The notes under the pieces are model-generated. The model saw only the letters and a program-made list of their open reading frames with translations. It was not told the origin of the DNA and made no database searches. Positions 63,614 to 64,000 of a stretch of 64,000 bases of DNA are shown here, piece by piece. The position numbers and the translations under genes were made by a program. The number at the start of each line of letters is the position of its first letter. Positions within the stretch are counted from its first letter, which is position 1. The stretch comes from Iphione sp. A-MEVVRFRX5 (Eukaryota), in the NCBI GenBank assembly GCA_976226885.1, contig OZ320313.1, positions 156,240,001 to 156,304,000 of the forward strand, given 5' to 3'.

Positions 63614-63660
63614 ATATGTACGTGTATGTATGTATGTATGTATCTATGTATGTGTGTATA
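63614..63660. repeat. (TATG)n-like simple repeat
   Basis: Direct reading. Confidence 0.85.
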
Positions 63661-64000
63661 AACATGTATACAAATATTATGTTGATGGGTGTGGCATGCA
63701 TCGCCCATCAAAATACATATAAAAGTAAGTCTCCCCAGAATACGGTCACATCGGGTCACATTATGGCCATGTGCATCGCATTTTGTGAGGAACTTGGCCT
63801 TTCATACACCCAACAGAGGAACGAGGCTGGCAGATACTGACACTAATACAGGTTGGCTATAGTCATTCATGACTTGGTTCAACTTTTACTCCATAAATCG
63901 TTGGCAGAGGGAAGGGTCATACCATTCCCTTCCAAGTTCCAAGACTTCATAGCGGCGAGAATTCACACCGACCAGAACCCATATAACATCAAATTTATAC

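Overview
Eukaryotic, intron-rich invertebrate-type genomic DNA; the species cannot be determined from the sequence alone. The right half (32621-63558, + strand) holds 35 phase-consistent GT-AG exons (6,363 nt, 2,121 codons, no stops) of ADGRV1/GPR98/VLGR1: tandem Calx-beta repeats, a small Cys-rich PAN/apple-like insert and a ~7-blade EAR/EPTP region. The gene runs off the right end. No Calx-beta exon was found in the 32.6 kb to the left, although the first exon seen is internal. The left half is mostly non-coding. It contains the first exon of a secreted coiled-coil + C-type lectin gene on the - strand (15751-16345) with a clean TATA/Inr promoter, a 148-N assembly gap, a Tc1/mariner-type MITE, microsatellites and enhancer-like GC islands. 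ADGRV1 introns contain a MITE with a 6-bp target duplication, a decayed CR1/L2-like LINE, a CpG-depleted ~205-bp repeat block, and two minisatellites that are tandem copies of the gene's own exon-end/5' splice site. Most short ORFs in the supplied track are spurious or are read-throughs of these exons.
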